DNA of 51,298 nucleotides, counting the filler, from Bipalium vagum (taxonomy: Eukaryota): assembly GCA_037834085.1 (NCBI GenBank). It is 3 parts of 3 records of this genome, joined end to end, with 100 filler letters (N's around TTAATTAATTAA, not from the genome) between each part and the next. Parts side by side here need not be neighbours in the genome. Positions count along the whole stretch, not along the records: positions 1 to 17,144 come from JBBMKC010072342.1; positions 17,245 to 34,106 come from JBBMKC010089757.1; 1 more part is not named here. The stretch is one strand, 5' to 3'. The notes below the pieces were generated by a model, which ran no database searches, was not told the DNA's origin, and saw only the letters and a list, made by a program, of their open reading frames with translations. The position numbers were made by a program, and so were the translations under genes. Shown in pieces: positions 12,322 through 26,100 of the stretch (within the stretch, counting starts at the first letter, position 1; each line of letters opens with the position of its first letter).

Positions 12322-15300
12322 TCAACCCTGTGAAGTCGGGTCGGGGTCAGGATGACAATAGTGGCGAATACAATATGATTGGATTCTTTGACAAGACTCT
12401 CTCATCAAGTCTTGGGGAGGCGTCAAGGTGATTCGCAAATAGTTCGGTATCCCAAACATCTTAATTGAATGGGATTAAAAAACAAATGGCTTTGGTAATG
12501 GGCAAAAATTACTTCACTTGGCAAGCAAAATACGGACTCTTCCTTGACCATATTGATGACGAAGTCTTCCGTCTTTTTGAATTCTTTGAATCTATCCAAT
12601 TCCACTTTGATCAAAGCAAACATTCCTCCACTGGGCTTAATCAATCTCAGGCCCGGAGTTTGAGAAATGACTGATTCGACGATTTTGCAGTTTTCCTTCA
12701 TAATCATAAATATTCGTATGTATTTGTACGCGTTTAATAATAATCGGTTATGTTATTCAATAACAATTTGCAACCGTTTTAGAATACAACTTTCCAAAGG
12801 TTGTGCTATTCATTTTCACATGTAACAAAATCCGCTTTAAAGTCCTCTGCCACGGTCAACGAATTCAGTCAGACAATGTTAACACATAAAATATGGTGGA
12901 AAATAAAAATAGCCAATTAAAATCACCTCCCCCTAAAGAGTCCCCGTCCAGTCATTTTAAACATGTTATTGATTTCATTATTGTGAGATAAATTGAAAAT
13001 GAGTCGGGGGATGCAGCTCAGCTGTCAATAAAGGGGGAACACACCAAAATTGGGACACTTTCAAACTGTCATATATTTAAAGGATAATTTTAAAAAGAAC
13101 TTAAATTTCATTTCCATTTTCTTCAAGTAGCGGATAAATAATGTACTTTATTTCTATTCTCCTCAGAAGCCAAAAAAACAAACAGCTTTGTGGAATTCAA
13201 CTTGGTGGTACATTTTACAGAAAGTGCCGTTACATTTATTCCAGCTTTCGGAATATTTTTGGAACTCGATTTCTTGTATATCCTTCAAAGCAATAAGCGA
13301 TTTCTCTTTAGTGGTTTGAATTGAAGGAAAATTATATCCATACAATGCATCGGAAATAGAGAAAAATTACGTTGAGCCATATCTGGTCAAATAATAATAT
13401 TTAATAACTGTAGTAATATTTATTAACTGTTTGTCCAGTTGGTAGAAATTCTTTGTGGACAATGGCATGGCAATTGAAAAATACAGTTAACATGACTTAT
13501 TTTCGATCGATCTTGACATGCTCTTTTGGGTAATGGTTCATTTTTGAAACGATATTCATTTGATTGTTGCGTGGTTTCTGAGTCATAAGTATAGATCCAT
13601 GTTTCATCCCCCATACTTATGGATTTCAGATATTTTGCATCCTATGAAAGCATCTCCTTGGAAACTTCAACAAATTGTTTTTCATGAAACTTAAATTTTT
13701 TAGGGACAAGACCAGAAGAAACATGAATCATCACTAAATAATTTCCTTTTGATATTCCAGTAATCACCACCGGATCTCTCTGATTTATTCATCAATTGGG
13801 TAGTACGTTCTTTGACTTCCTGAACGATGTTCATCTTCAACTGATTTCCTGTCATCTTTGAATAACTTGTACGGCTTGTAAATATTTTTGGGACATTGTT
13901 TCATCACTGAAAGACTTTTGCATCATTTTCAAAACAGACGCGCCAGAATTCCGAATACTTTTAAAAAATGAACTCGCTTTACCTTTTGTTCACACAAGTA
14001 TATAGTATTGTTTTATGTGTAACATGGATTGTAATTCTATTCCTGTACGAGTGTGAGAACTTTTTATCAGCACTACGTATATTTTAGGGAAGTGAAATTG
14101 AAACGAAGAATAAAATTTTGGGGAAAAACATTAAAATGATTCAAAAGTATTCTAAACGATTGGAAATATAATTAGTAAAGCTATATAAAGATTTAAGAGT
14201 TTTTCCAGAAAAAAATTAAAATAAAAGACAATAATAGTAAAAGAATTAAAAATAAAATAGTATTGGAGCAACAACAANNNNNNNNNNNNNNNNNNNNNNN
14301 NNNNNNNNNNNNNNNNNNNNNNNNNNNNNNNNNNNNNNNNNNNNNNNNNNNNNNNNNNNNNNNNNNNNNNNNNNNNNNNNNNNNNNNNNNNNNNNNNNNN
14401 NNNNNNNNNNNNNNNNNNNNNNNNNNNNNNNNNNNNNNNNNNNNNNNNNNNNNNNNNNNNNNNNNNNNNNNNNNNNNNNNNNNNNNNNNNNNNNNNNNNN
14501 NNNNNNNNNNNNNNNNNNNNNNNNNNNNNNNNNNNNNNNNNNNNNNNNNNNNNNNNNNNNNNNNNNNNNNNNNNNNNNNNAATACTATTAAATGATTTTG
14601 ATCTTTAGAAATGGAAAATATATTTCATTTTTGACTATTATAAATAAAAGCTGGTAAAATATAACGAAGGCTGGGGATAATTGTGGTGCCATTTGTTAAA
14701 GTACGTCAAATTGTTTCAATTAACATTAATTAATAATTGTTTTGAATCCATTGATTAACCTTTTACCTATTTCTTATCAAGCGAAATTTTATTGTTAGAG
14801 AACGGAAACCATTTTTAAGATAAATACTGAAAATGAAGAGCGCGAGCTTTCTAAACAACGAAATCATATCCGAAATGTTAAATGGCATCATTTAAGTCAT
14901 ATTAGTACGCAGTGACAATCTTTGATGATCGATGCCGTGTAAAAATAAATAAATAAAATCTCTCACTCAAACTAACCTTAGTAAATATCAATATTTTCTG
15001 TTTGATCTCTCGATAAAAACGAGCAAAAAAAATAATTAAAAATCTTCTTTTTTCAATGTTTGAAAAACAAATTTGAAAATTGCCAAAATATAATTGAGAA
15101 AAATCATTAATTAATTAAATAAACAAGAAAAATAACAATGAAATATAAATTAAATGGAAATTTTCGTTCACAAAAATCATTCAGATTTTCAGTTTCCTCC
15201 CTCCCCTACCCTGACAGAATAATTTTATGGAAAAAATATGCCAGCCATTTCTTCTATCAATTTTTTGAAAACATCAACAAAATTAAAAGTGACATCATTA

Positions 15301-16688
15301 AATGACGTTAATTCAATTTAACTGGTGACCAGAAAAGATAAAAGTGAAAACAAAGAATGAAAGTAAAACGTAATTTTGGATGTTTAACCTTACAATTGAA
15401 GTATGACGAACTTGGTGACATGTGATTCGAATCGTTGTATACCAAGCAGTGAATGTCATCATCTACGGTTGCACTAATCAATGGCCATATTATTATAAAT
15501 ATCAGCCCATGTAGGATGTGTAATAAGTACGTATCAGATTGTCAAACAAAGCAACGCATTTTAAAACAAATGTTTGGCAACCAATTTTATTTTATGTAAA
15601 AATAGGAACTGAGAAATTTTATGTAAGTGTTTAATTGTTTTAATAAGTTGTTAAAATGCTGTCAATTGAAGAGCGAATCGAAATCGTTTAACTGATGACT
15701 CAGATGTATTCAGCAACATCAATAAGACGACATTTGAGAAAGTTGGACTGGAAAAAATACCATGATTGAGAATCATAACTCAGATCGATTTTAAGAAAAC
15801 TGGTAGTGTATGCAATATTTACAAAGCTTGAAAGACCATCAATCGATGATAAAAATTGACAAAAATAGAAGACGGTCCAATGAATTCTGTACGAAATAGA
15901 TTCAGTTTAAAACAGTACATAATGTATTCAAATCTAATTTTCAACTGGAAATGATTTAAGCTTGATGAAGTCTTACAAGTACAACTTTGTTGGTCAAAAA
16001 GATTAAAATTAAATTTTCTATTAGTGCTCAGTACTCCCTTGAACTTAGAAAATTTTGAACTGCACATTTCACTTAGAGTGGATTGGGAGGGCAGGACCAT
16101 CCGATTGACTTGCGAGATTGCCAGATCTTTCTCGAATAGACTTCTTTCTTTAAAGATATCTAAAGAAGCTAAAAGATTTGCCAGATGAATCGAAGAAGAG
16201 GTAGCTAAAATACCATCACAAATGTGTAGGAATAATATGAATTCTTTTACTTGTGGATTACAGGACTGTAAATGGATGTGCTGTTGAGAAATATTAATTT
16301 TTAATAAATATGTTTCATTCTGTCAAGAATAAACCGCGGTATTTTAATCATATTTGACAATATTACACTTTAACATCCTATACGTATTTTTAAAACACTC
16401 TGTACATTAAAACAGTAATATTTTCAATTCTAACCTGTATCAATTTAATCATTGTTTGAAAATGTTCCTCGCCCACTTGGAATAATATTTTCGGTAATGC
16501 ACCTTGGATAATGGTATTTGCTCCCAGTGTTCTTGTGGATAGATCCGCAAGACCTTGTCTTACCTGATTAAGGATTTTAATGCATAATTTTATACACAAT
16601 AATTTAATAAAATTAACTGACGTTTTTGAATCGATTGAACTTGTCATATATTGCGACCCATCCCAATCTCCATCCTGGGCAGAGAAAC
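12322..16688 (-). CDS. TAT: Tyrosine aminotransferase (class I PLP-dependent), 3' half only
   Basis: Exons: 16688-16622 (FLCPGWRLGWVAIYD), 16563-16435 (VRQGLADLSTRTLGANTIIQGALPKIL), 12695-12513 (PGLRLIKPSGGMF...EESVFCLP) and 12459-12322 (MFGIPNYLRITLT...ESCQRIQSYCIRHY...TGA). All junctions are GT-AG and phase-consistent, and the order is collinear with the TAT C-terminal half. The 5' exons are absent, cut by the join at 17145. Confidence 0.9.
13150..14079 (-). mobile_element. Degenerate mariner (irritans-like GDETW type) in TAT intron
   Basis: GDETWIYTYDSETTQQSNEYRFKNEPLPKRACQDRSK, followed by a C-terminal KSLIALKDIQEIEFQK..ESW. A TIR-like TACGTAGTGCTGATAAAAAGTTCTCAC lies at 14079-14053. Confidence 0.85.
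15512..16380 (+). mobile_element. Decayed Tc1/mariner-superfamily element in TAT intron
   Basis: MLSIEERIEIV N-terminus and WIGRAGPSD*LARLPDLSRIDFFL*RYLK (cf. WIGRGGPxxWPARSPDLTPLDFFLWGYLK). The imperfect inverted ends share TAGGATGT...ATTGTCAAA. Confidence 0.8.
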
Positions 16689-17144
16689 CTAAACAACAAA
16701 GTTTAACAATTCTTGTTTTGTCCCAAAGTTTAATATTTCACTGTTCCGGGATATTGATTTTTTTAACCCTATAAGAAATTGAAAACTTCTATATTACCTT
16801 ATATTGCCAGCTTCAAAAAAATTCTTTAATTTTCTAGTTTCTTTACAAGTTTCAAATTACAATTCCCATCTTCCCATTAAAACAATTTAACATTTAAGAT
16901 CACACTCTCAACATTAAGCTCAGCCATTGAAGATTAAAAGAAAAAAGAAACGATTTAGTTTTACAAGTTACAATTAAGATAATGTGAAATTATTGAAAAT
17001 AACATAAAATAATATATTTTTTTAATTTAAAAATTAAGAAAAAATTAGAGTGATAAATTAAAAAAAATGTTATAATGAAAATTTTTAAAATGTCTTAAAT
17101 TATGTATTTTTAATATTTAATAAAAATAAAATTTATATTTCAAA

Positions 17145-17244
17145 NNNNNNNNNNNNNNNNNNNNNNNNNNNNNNNNNNNNNNNNNNNNTTAATTAATTAA
17201 NNNNNNNNNNNNNNNNNNNNNNNNNNNNNNNNNNNNNNNNNNNN
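17145..17244. other. Artificial assembly spacer (44 N + TTAATTAATTAA + 44 N)
   Basis: The 12-mer has stop codons in all six frames, and an identical spacer occurs at 34107-34206. Confidence 0.95.

Positions 17245-17315
<71 letters not shown>
17245..17315. repeat. (AAT)n microsatellite
   Basis: Directly visible at the contig end. Confidence 0.95.
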
Positions 17316-17750
17316 TTCTTATTAGTGATTCATAAGTGATTGAAGTTGATTTTTTGAAAATAATATTAAATCAAATCAATTTTTCAAAGTTCGTTTATAT
17401 TCTTATTTAAAGTAACATGATGACTGACTGATATATTGATAATTTTCTTAAATTTTTTTAGAATGATTTGGAATTCTTAAAAAAAATTTTATATATCAAT
17501 ATTGGGATTAATTAGTTTTAATTCTGATTTTTGTTTCTAATTTTAAAAAAATCTTAATATTACATTGTGACAAAAATATGTTTAGAATTTTCTATTCTTT
17601 TGATGAAATTTCTTTTTTACTGTACAATACTTTTAAGTATAAAATCCATTAGGAAAAGTGTATCAGAAAATGGCAATTTTAATTTTAAAATCATATTTAT
17701 GTTTTAATGAGTGGCTTTATTGATATTATAATATTTAGAATAATAATTAA

Positions 17751-18190
17751 AGGGTGTTTAAAAATCGCGTTTTTTATTAAGTCTTAAGAAGTGAAAAAAT
17801 CAAAAATATTTATGCAAACAAGTTCTTAAATATACTTTCCACTGTATTCAATTACTTCTTGCTGGTGCTTTTTGGATTTTATCCAACTCTATAGACAGAT
17901 TGGATTTTGTCATTTTAATTTCCATGAAAATTTTCACATATTCTGAAGGGTTACTAATATTCCTAAACTGCATTTTTCTCCTATCAAATTCCATATATCT
18001 CAATACAAAACTATCCAATAAGTTCAAATCTGGCGATTAAAGGGATTGTTGTCTTATAAGTTTAATTTCATATGATTTACAAAAGTCTTGTCTCATTAAA
18101 GGCATATGAGGACGAACATTATTACGTATTAGGTGCAAACCTCTTCTTGGTCCGATATCTAAAATCGTCTACAAAAAAAAAAAAACATAG
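17751..18190 (-). mobile_element. Tc1/mariner-superfamily 3' remnant
   Basis: Minus strand reads SPDLNLLDSFVLRYM (cf. SPDLNPLDxxxWGY), with an AGGGTG TIR-like end near 17752. Confidence 0.55.
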
Positions 18191-18329
18191 CGTTCAACAT
18201 TATTGGACTGATTACACTATAAAACTTGAAAAAAAAAATATTTTATGTAGTTGTGTTCATCTTTATATTTAAAGGTTTTGTGATGATATTAATATTTAAA
18301 CAAAGCTGTATCAATTGATTTTTATAATA

Positions 18330-18530
18330 TAGTAGAACCTCGCTATAACGAATACGGATATAAAGCTACACAGTAAGTAAGTAAAAAAGTAAGATAAAAT
18401 AAATAAATAAATATTAATAAAATAAATAATAAAATGTATAAGAAAACGTGGTGTTTTTTGAAAAGCGCTATATTTAAAATTTAATTATAAGCACTGTATT
18501 TTCAATGCTACGTTATAATATGGATTGTAA
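18330..18530. mobile_element. Tigger/pogo-like MITE remnant
   Basis: The terminus (T)AGTAGAACCTCGCTATAACG resembles pogo/Tigger TIRs. A decayed inverse CGTTATAATATGGATTGTA lies near 18510-18529. Confidence 0.45.
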
Positions 18531-19475
18531 AATTTAAATAATCGAATTTAATGATTTTTGATTTAAATATATTATTTAAATTTTTAATGACAGGATTCCC
18601 ACAGCTTGTCAAAATTTGTTTGAATATTCAGGTTTTTGATGAAAAAAATAAATTAACAAAATACCGAAGACCTTTTGAATATAAACCGATAAACATTACC
18701 TTAAAATCTTTTAATAACCTTGAACGAAAGGAATATTTATTTAATACTTATTTCCAGTAATTAATTTGATTAGTTTTGTTTTATTATCGTCATTAATTAA
18801 AACGAATGTGTATTGTATCATAAATGATATTAAATTTGAAGTTTAATCAAGACCTGATTTTATCTTTTGGTTACAGTCCTTTTGACCTTTATAATATAAT
18901 AATAATAATATTATCATTATGTAATTATGATTCTTTTACATTGCAATTTTTTTAAAGGTTAATAATTTTATTAATAGATAATTAGATCAATATTACACTA
19001 TTAAATATTTTTAATCAAAATTCTCATTGATTTTTTAATGCTTCCATTTTTCTGTAAATTTACTTCTACAATTTTATTAAAAATAAAGTATTTTTCAAAG
19101 AGGAAAGTCTGAAATACAAATGGATTTTTATTTGTACCTGAAATTTTGGAACTGGAAACTGTTACATTTAATAAAAAATAATTTTTCATTTTTAACAAAG
19201 CGTTTCATTTTTATTATACTAATAATAACAGGTTCATTTTCCTAAATTCTCGGGTAAGAATGTAAAACATTGATATATTACAAATAAATTCATGACATTT
19301 CATACATAATGAGACTTTCCAAACAAAAAGTATTATTCTCCATTTTCAATATTAAAATCTTTCTCAAACTTTCATTGATTAGAAATTTTTTTTCAAATAG
19401 TTTAAATCAACTTTTTATAAAAATAATTAATCGATTTAATAATGGAATAAAAAGTGTGATTTTATTTACTATATA

Positions 19476-19900
19476 TTAGGTTTATGCATTGAAAGTGAGA
19501 CTTTTACAATTTTGTATCTTTGTTTAATAAGTAATATAAATATTAAATAACAAGAAAACGAAAATGATAATTTATTCAAAATATTTTCCATCGTTAATAA
19601 TTAATTTCTCCCATTTTCCAGGAAGCTCATAAATTCCTCTATACAAGAAATCGGCATTTTTTGTGGCTGTTCAATCAGTAGTCCATTTTTCAGCTTCCTC
19701 GAAGGATTGGAAGCACTTCTCAGAAAGTGAGTATGCCATCGACTGTAACAGATGGTAACCAGAAGAGACGCAGTCTGGTGAATAAGTTCCATCGGGTAGC
19801 ATTTCACATCGAAGCAACTCTAATAGTACCTGGACTCGTTTGTTGACCTGTCACCGGGCGTTGTCATGCAGGAAAATTACTTTATGCTGCCTTTTCTCAT
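19476..19900 (-). mobile_element. Mos1-like (mauritiana-type) mariner 3' half with TIR
   Basis: Minus strand reads EKRQHKVIFLHDNAR...TYSPDCVSSGYHLLQSMAYSLSEKCF...FLYRGIYELPGKWEK, closely following Mos1 motifs. The end is TA|TTAGGTT. Confidence 0.88.
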
Positions 19901-19903
19901 ATA

Positions 19904-19934
<31 letters not shown>

Positions 19935-19969
19935 TAACAGTGATAATGATAATAATACTACTACTACTA

Positions 19970-20042
<73 letters not shown>
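19901..20042. repeat. (AAT)n microsatellite with GAT/ACT variants
   Basis: Directly visible. It produces the spurious poly-N/poly-I ORF at 19840-20052. Confidence 0.95.
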
Positions 20043-20132
20043 TAATAATTAATTAATGTTCAAAACCATAATGATATTCTAATCAAATTTATCAGATAAT
20101 TAATGAAATTTTAATGATTATTAATGACTTAG

Positions 20133-23100
20133 CATTGGGAATTTAATGATGGGTCACCTCCACCGGCAGATATTTTGGAGAAATGGTTTCAGCTTCTCAA
20201 AGACCGATTCAATAGTCCCAATCATTCAAGTCGACCAATAGCCGTACATTGTATAGCTGGATTTGGTAGGTAAGCTGTAATAAAAAATTGGTTCACATTT
20301 TTCATTGATTTTCAATCCTAATCTTAATCTTCTCATAATTACCCTGTCTTATCCATTGATACATTTAAGCTGTCTTGTAATCCATCTGATCGGAAAAAGA
20401 TCGAATTAAAAATTTTCAATTATTATAATTATTAATTTCTTTTCTTATTATTATTTTAATAAATTATCATAATGATAATAATAATTTTTTTCATCTTTTA
20501 ATGTTTATTGGGAAATTTCTTTAAAAGAAAATTTCTTAAATAACATTCAAAATTATTATAACTTGATTATTTTTTAATTCTCTTCCAAATTCTAGTGTTT
20601 TTAATAAGAAGTTTGGATCTACAATTCAAATCGATTAAAAATTAAAATTTCATAAAATCATTACAGAAGAAATCGATTTTGTTATAATATTATTATTCTA
20701 TTGATCAGTTTTTGTTTCTAATTTCAACAATCGATAATATCTAACCAGTTAACCGACTGCTATTTCTTGTTTCATTTAGGGTGCTAATAAAATAAAATGA
20801 AAACGAAATAGAATTTCTTTATCCGGTTCTCTAATCTTATGAGTGATTGTTCCGTTTTACGCTTATTGTCTTTTGTAATATATAAAGAATGTTGCGACTT
20901 AGTTTTCTGATAAGAAGTCTCTTTTGATGTCGACGGTTTATTAACTTGTGAAAAAATATTTCGAACTCAAATTAGAATCTTATTGATAAGAATTGAAGTA
21001 TTTCTAAAATGTACTTTTGGCTCCAGCATTTCTTGATATTTTTCCAAGATATTATACAAAGGAAGCGGACTTTTTATCACTCCCTCTAATGTTTATTTTT
21101 TACTAATGACAACGCAATTATTTTATTATTTATTTAACGTTTTGCATACCCACGTCTCTAGTTTTCTTTATGTTCATTTATTTATTTTTGACATTTATCA
21201 ACATTGTGTTTGTTTATACTAATTGAAGGGTTTTCATGGAGTTTTGAACGATATAGTTGTACACGATATTGATAAAATTAAACTACATTGCAATTTTATG
21301 TCATTATTTCCAAAACCAAGTAAATTTTGTAATCGGGGTATGTAAAGGGGACTGTAAAAGTAATCTGAATTTTTTTCAAGAGAATTTAAAATATCTTTTT
21401 AAAATTTTTTTTATTATTTTCCTCTTTGAAAGAAAACTTATTTTTTAGACCAGTGATCTGAAATTTTGTAATATTAAATTAAATTTCACAATAATCAGAT
21501 TGACAATAAAACAAATTTTCTGGTGCACTATCCGTTTATTTTAATATAAATCAACTAGAGCCTCGAATTTCTGTGAACACTCACTTCAAAAATCAACCTA
21601 TTTAAGACAATTCTAAGAGTGTCTATGTTCACTAGAGATTATTTTATTTTCGACCATGTTGATTAATTTCTTTAATAATATATAATATACAATCGATAAA
21701 TGAATTTTTGTTTTTGATCGGGTCTCGGTGTTTAATAATCTTTAGTGGCAACACTAAATAATTTTTATTATTGCAGATATGGTCAAGGCGAAATTGATCA
21801 GACTCTAAGAAGTTACTGTGAAATGTGACATTTCACTTTTATTCTTTTGGAAATCATCATTCTCTCTTGTTTGTAGTAACTACATTGATTGGAGAATTAG
21901 CAGAGTCGAGTAAATTGCAAATAAAGTTATCTCTCTTTTAAAGAAATTAAAATTCATCTGGTCTTAACAGTCATTCATCTATCCTTTCAGTTTGCGAGTA
22001 TCAAAATCAAATTCTTTCCTTTAAAATATTTGAACTCGGAATTGAATCAGTAAAAATAAAATTATAGAATCTTAAGATATCATTCCATTATTATGTCTTA
22101 GTTTCTGGGCAAGAAAGGGGGATAATATATTAAAGAAAATTTTTTATAACAAGCGAACAAATTTAGACATAAATTGATTAGAAAAACTGATAGGAATAGT
22201 TCTGAGAGAAAGTCTTCCCGATAACCAGTGATTTAATGTCATCAATTTTATTTACAAAATTTAGTACATCCATTTCTTGACATTATTATTGCTATTATAC
22301 ATGTATATAATGCAATTATACAGTGAATGTTATTTTATTGATCAAACTTGCAAAATCTTTCTAATCCCAGTAATAAATGTGAATTACTTAGAGATTTGGA
22401 AGTGGCATTGAAACAAGTTTTCAATCCCAACTTTTGTATACTTAGATTAAGTGAAATTTTATTAAAACGAGAAATTTTTTGTGATTTATCAGTGATACTT
22501 GAAAGCACTAAACCAAAATACAAGTCCATTTTGTGATTATGCTGTCATTGATGTCAGATTATTTAGAAAAGCTACTTTGAAAATGTGATTTGATTTTTAA
22601 ACTGTTATTTATTTAATCTCTGACGACTTGCTTAGTTTTTATCGGAATCTCAATATTTTTAATGGTTTTTCGCTTATGGTAAACGTTAATTATTATTTAA
22701 TAGTTTCAAGTGGTAAGGAGAAATGCTGGGTTTTAAAAATTTCCAAGATTGCAGAGCGTAAAAAGAGAAATTTAGAATTAATCCCGTTTCATCTGTATTA
22801 AAAATATCTTTGTTACCATAACCTTTCCTAATTTCCGGCCATTCATTTTTAAGCCACGACGCCACCAATTCATTATTTACATCACCAGATTCTCCAGAAA
22901 TCGATCCGAAAACAAGAGAATGGCGAGTTTTAAAACGTTTAAAGAGAACTTTTACATTGAAAATTTTGGGAAAATGCCATTTTTGAACCAAAAAGTTCTG
23001 TTTACCCGATTTTGTTCTCTTTAAGCAAGTTCTCTATAAGCGAAATCTACTGTAATAATGAAATCTCAAGAGTAATAATTAATTAATTATCGGGTTGACC

Positions 23101-26100
23101 GACATGAAATGACGGGTTTTAATTTTATGTCAAAGATTTGGGAATCAATACATTTTTATGATAATAAATGTTTTAATATATCAAACTGAGGCACCAATTT
23201 CCCTTTTTCATATAATTGAAAGTAAGCAGTTCAATTTAAAATTACATGTTATCTTTTGCATCTTCTAGGACATGGTTGAACAACACATTCGAATTTGTAC
23301 TCTTTATGAAATCAAGCTTTATCACAGTACATCAGAGACACTAGAAATTTAATTTTTGATGGTATAATGATTCTATAAGCGAAGGATCACACAGAGATAT
23401 TTTTAGAAATTTAAGAGGTAACATGCTACTGTCGTAAGTAACAATTGGTTGAAAGCAACACGAAAAAACCGGTTGGAGAACTAACTGAAGAATTGAGTTT
23501 CAATAAGTCAACCATTTCCCGGAATTTTCAAAAGCTCGATAAATGGATACTACACCAAATAAATGATAAGTGAGAAAATAGACATTATCCATTCTTGTCT
23601 AGAATTGTAACCTATGACGAGAAGTTGGTCTTATTAAACAATAGTTATGATCAATACAATGGTTGGATGCTGATGAAAAACTGAAACATGTGCCTAAGCA
23701 AAGCCTTCGCCCAAAGAAGACTATGATCACTGTTTGGTTGTCTGCATCTGGATTAATTCACTATAACTTTCTAACATCTGGTGAATCTATCACAGCTCAG
23801 TCATACTTCAAAGAAATTGAAGTAGTGCACCAAACATTGATTGGAAATAAACTGGAACTTTTTATTAGAATTGCACCGATTTTATTCCAAAAAATGGAAA
23901 ACCATGTGATTCTAGATTAGAGGCACAAAAGTTTGAAGTACGAAGTTTTACCTCAGCCAGCTTATTCACCAGAATTCTATCCATCAGATTATGTTATGTT
24001 CAAACATATATGGTTACATCTCTGAACAATAGTATGTTTCGGAACCAGGGTAATATTAAAAATGTTATTCTTGAGTTTTTTGAAATCAGAAATTTTGATT
24101 TCTGTAAAAAGAGGATTTATGATTTGTCTCGATGACCGAAGTGTATTGAAATCAATGGAAGATATTCTATTGAATTAAATGTTTAATAGCGCTTTGATTA
24201 ATTTAAGTTACATTTTAAAAATCCTCATTTCATGTGGAGCAACCGGGTAATTAATTATAAATATTTGGACTGTTGGACGATCCCGCCAAACATGGATCTA
24301 ATTTTATTTTCTTTTTTTAATTGTTCCAACTGTTGCTTTATTAATCATTAATTTTTTTGTAATAGACGATGGTATCTACCCTTTTTTGATGGAATTTGGA
24401 ATATTAATCTGTTCTTCATTGAAAATCAGCTGAAGAAACTTTCTGCATGCAGAAAATGAATAACAGCCCTTTGTTTTTCTTTGGTGCAATTTTTTAAAAC
24501 AGGCTCTATGTTTTTATTCTAAAATTGATATAAAAATATTCCTTTAATCAATATTTCGTATTTTATTGTAGCAAACAAGTTAATACGTATTATGATTTTG
24601 CTGCTTATCTATGATAAAAATCAAAAGCTTTGTATCTTTACTTTTTGATTCATCCACGTAAATTAAAATAAGATTCATTCGATTCAACAAATTTTTAGCA
24701 ACAATAGAATAGTTTTTTATGACATTAAAGTAAAATTCTGTTGTTATGGAGGCGATGAAATCATTAAAGGTATTTTAGGCGTCATCTGGGTTGCTAAATT
24801 ATTTATTTCTTAAGAAATCTTCACACTTATTTCTTACTTTTCATATTACCTTCCAAAAATAATAACCATGTAATCTAAAATTAAGTAATGGTGAAATACT
24901 CACAAAAACATATTGGAAATCAAACACTTTAAAATGATATAGGATATAAATTAAAATAATATCAAGGTTAAGTCAAAATAACGTAAAATAAATAATATTT
25001 CTAGAAACCGACATTAATTGTCCACAGCATACTATATTGTTACATTAGAAAAGTTCCTTCTACATTTTACCCTTTGTATTTTTATATTTAAATAAAAATC
25101 ATGTAAAAATATATTAATTCAAAAAACATTAAGCAAATATTTACCTTCAATTCAAAATAATCCACAATTTCCCACGAGTTTTTTTTATATTTCTTTGATT
25201 CTCTCTTTGAAAAGTCTTGATTTTACTTAAAAGAGGTTGCCTCTAAGAATAAATTACCTCTAAAAATACTGCCTTTTTATAATTCTTTATTTATTATTCA
25301 TCATCTTTTAAAATGATTAAATATAATACTTTTATGGTTCAAAAACAGCTTATCATTCAAAAGATTCAATTATCGATTAGACAAAAGTCAGAGTTGAATT
25401 ACAATATTCACAATTAAATATTAAGCATATGTGTAGCTGAAAGGCAGAATTTTAATTTACTAGAATAATAATTATAATTGTAAAATCGATTGATAAGTGT
25501 TTTTTACATAGTTAAAACGGTAAAGTGCTGATTATATATCTGAAGTTATTTTGTGAAGGGCTTGTAAGGATTGAATGTATAACATTAATCTGTTTGTTTC
25601 AAAATAGTAAAGATCGCCAAAAATGTGTTTGAAAGTCAAACAATGTAATTACAATTGATTTAAATTAAAATTTAACCTGTATAGGTGTAGATGGAATTGG
25701 AGAATTTTTAATAAAAGAAGGGATCATGAATGTCCTGAGGTTTGTTAAAATACTCCAAGATAATTTTTAAAAAGTTTGGAGAAATTATGAATTGAAAAAC
25801 TTTATTTGTTTCAACAGGATAATGATTTGAAGCTTATTGATAAAAAAATCAAGGAGTTTTTGTTATATAAGGCCAGAAAAATTGTGGTCTTTTTAGGAAA
25901 GAAAATTTGCCAAAAGAGATTTTCATCTCGAAAAGAGCTAATTGAGGGTTTGATGAAATCATGGTCAGCAATAACATTTGAAACTACAAAATCTTTAGTG
26001 GAATCAATGCCTAGAAGACTTCAGCCCATAATTAATAATAATGGATTGCACACAAAGTAGGTTTCAAAAATGTCTCTTTCTTTTCAAAAGTTAAATGTGT

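Noticed and set aside
14263-14595. 110-aa ORF
   Set aside because: It spans the 303-N gap and is an artefact.
19840-20052. ORF with poly-N/poly-I
   Set aside because: It is a translation of the (AAT)n microsatellite.
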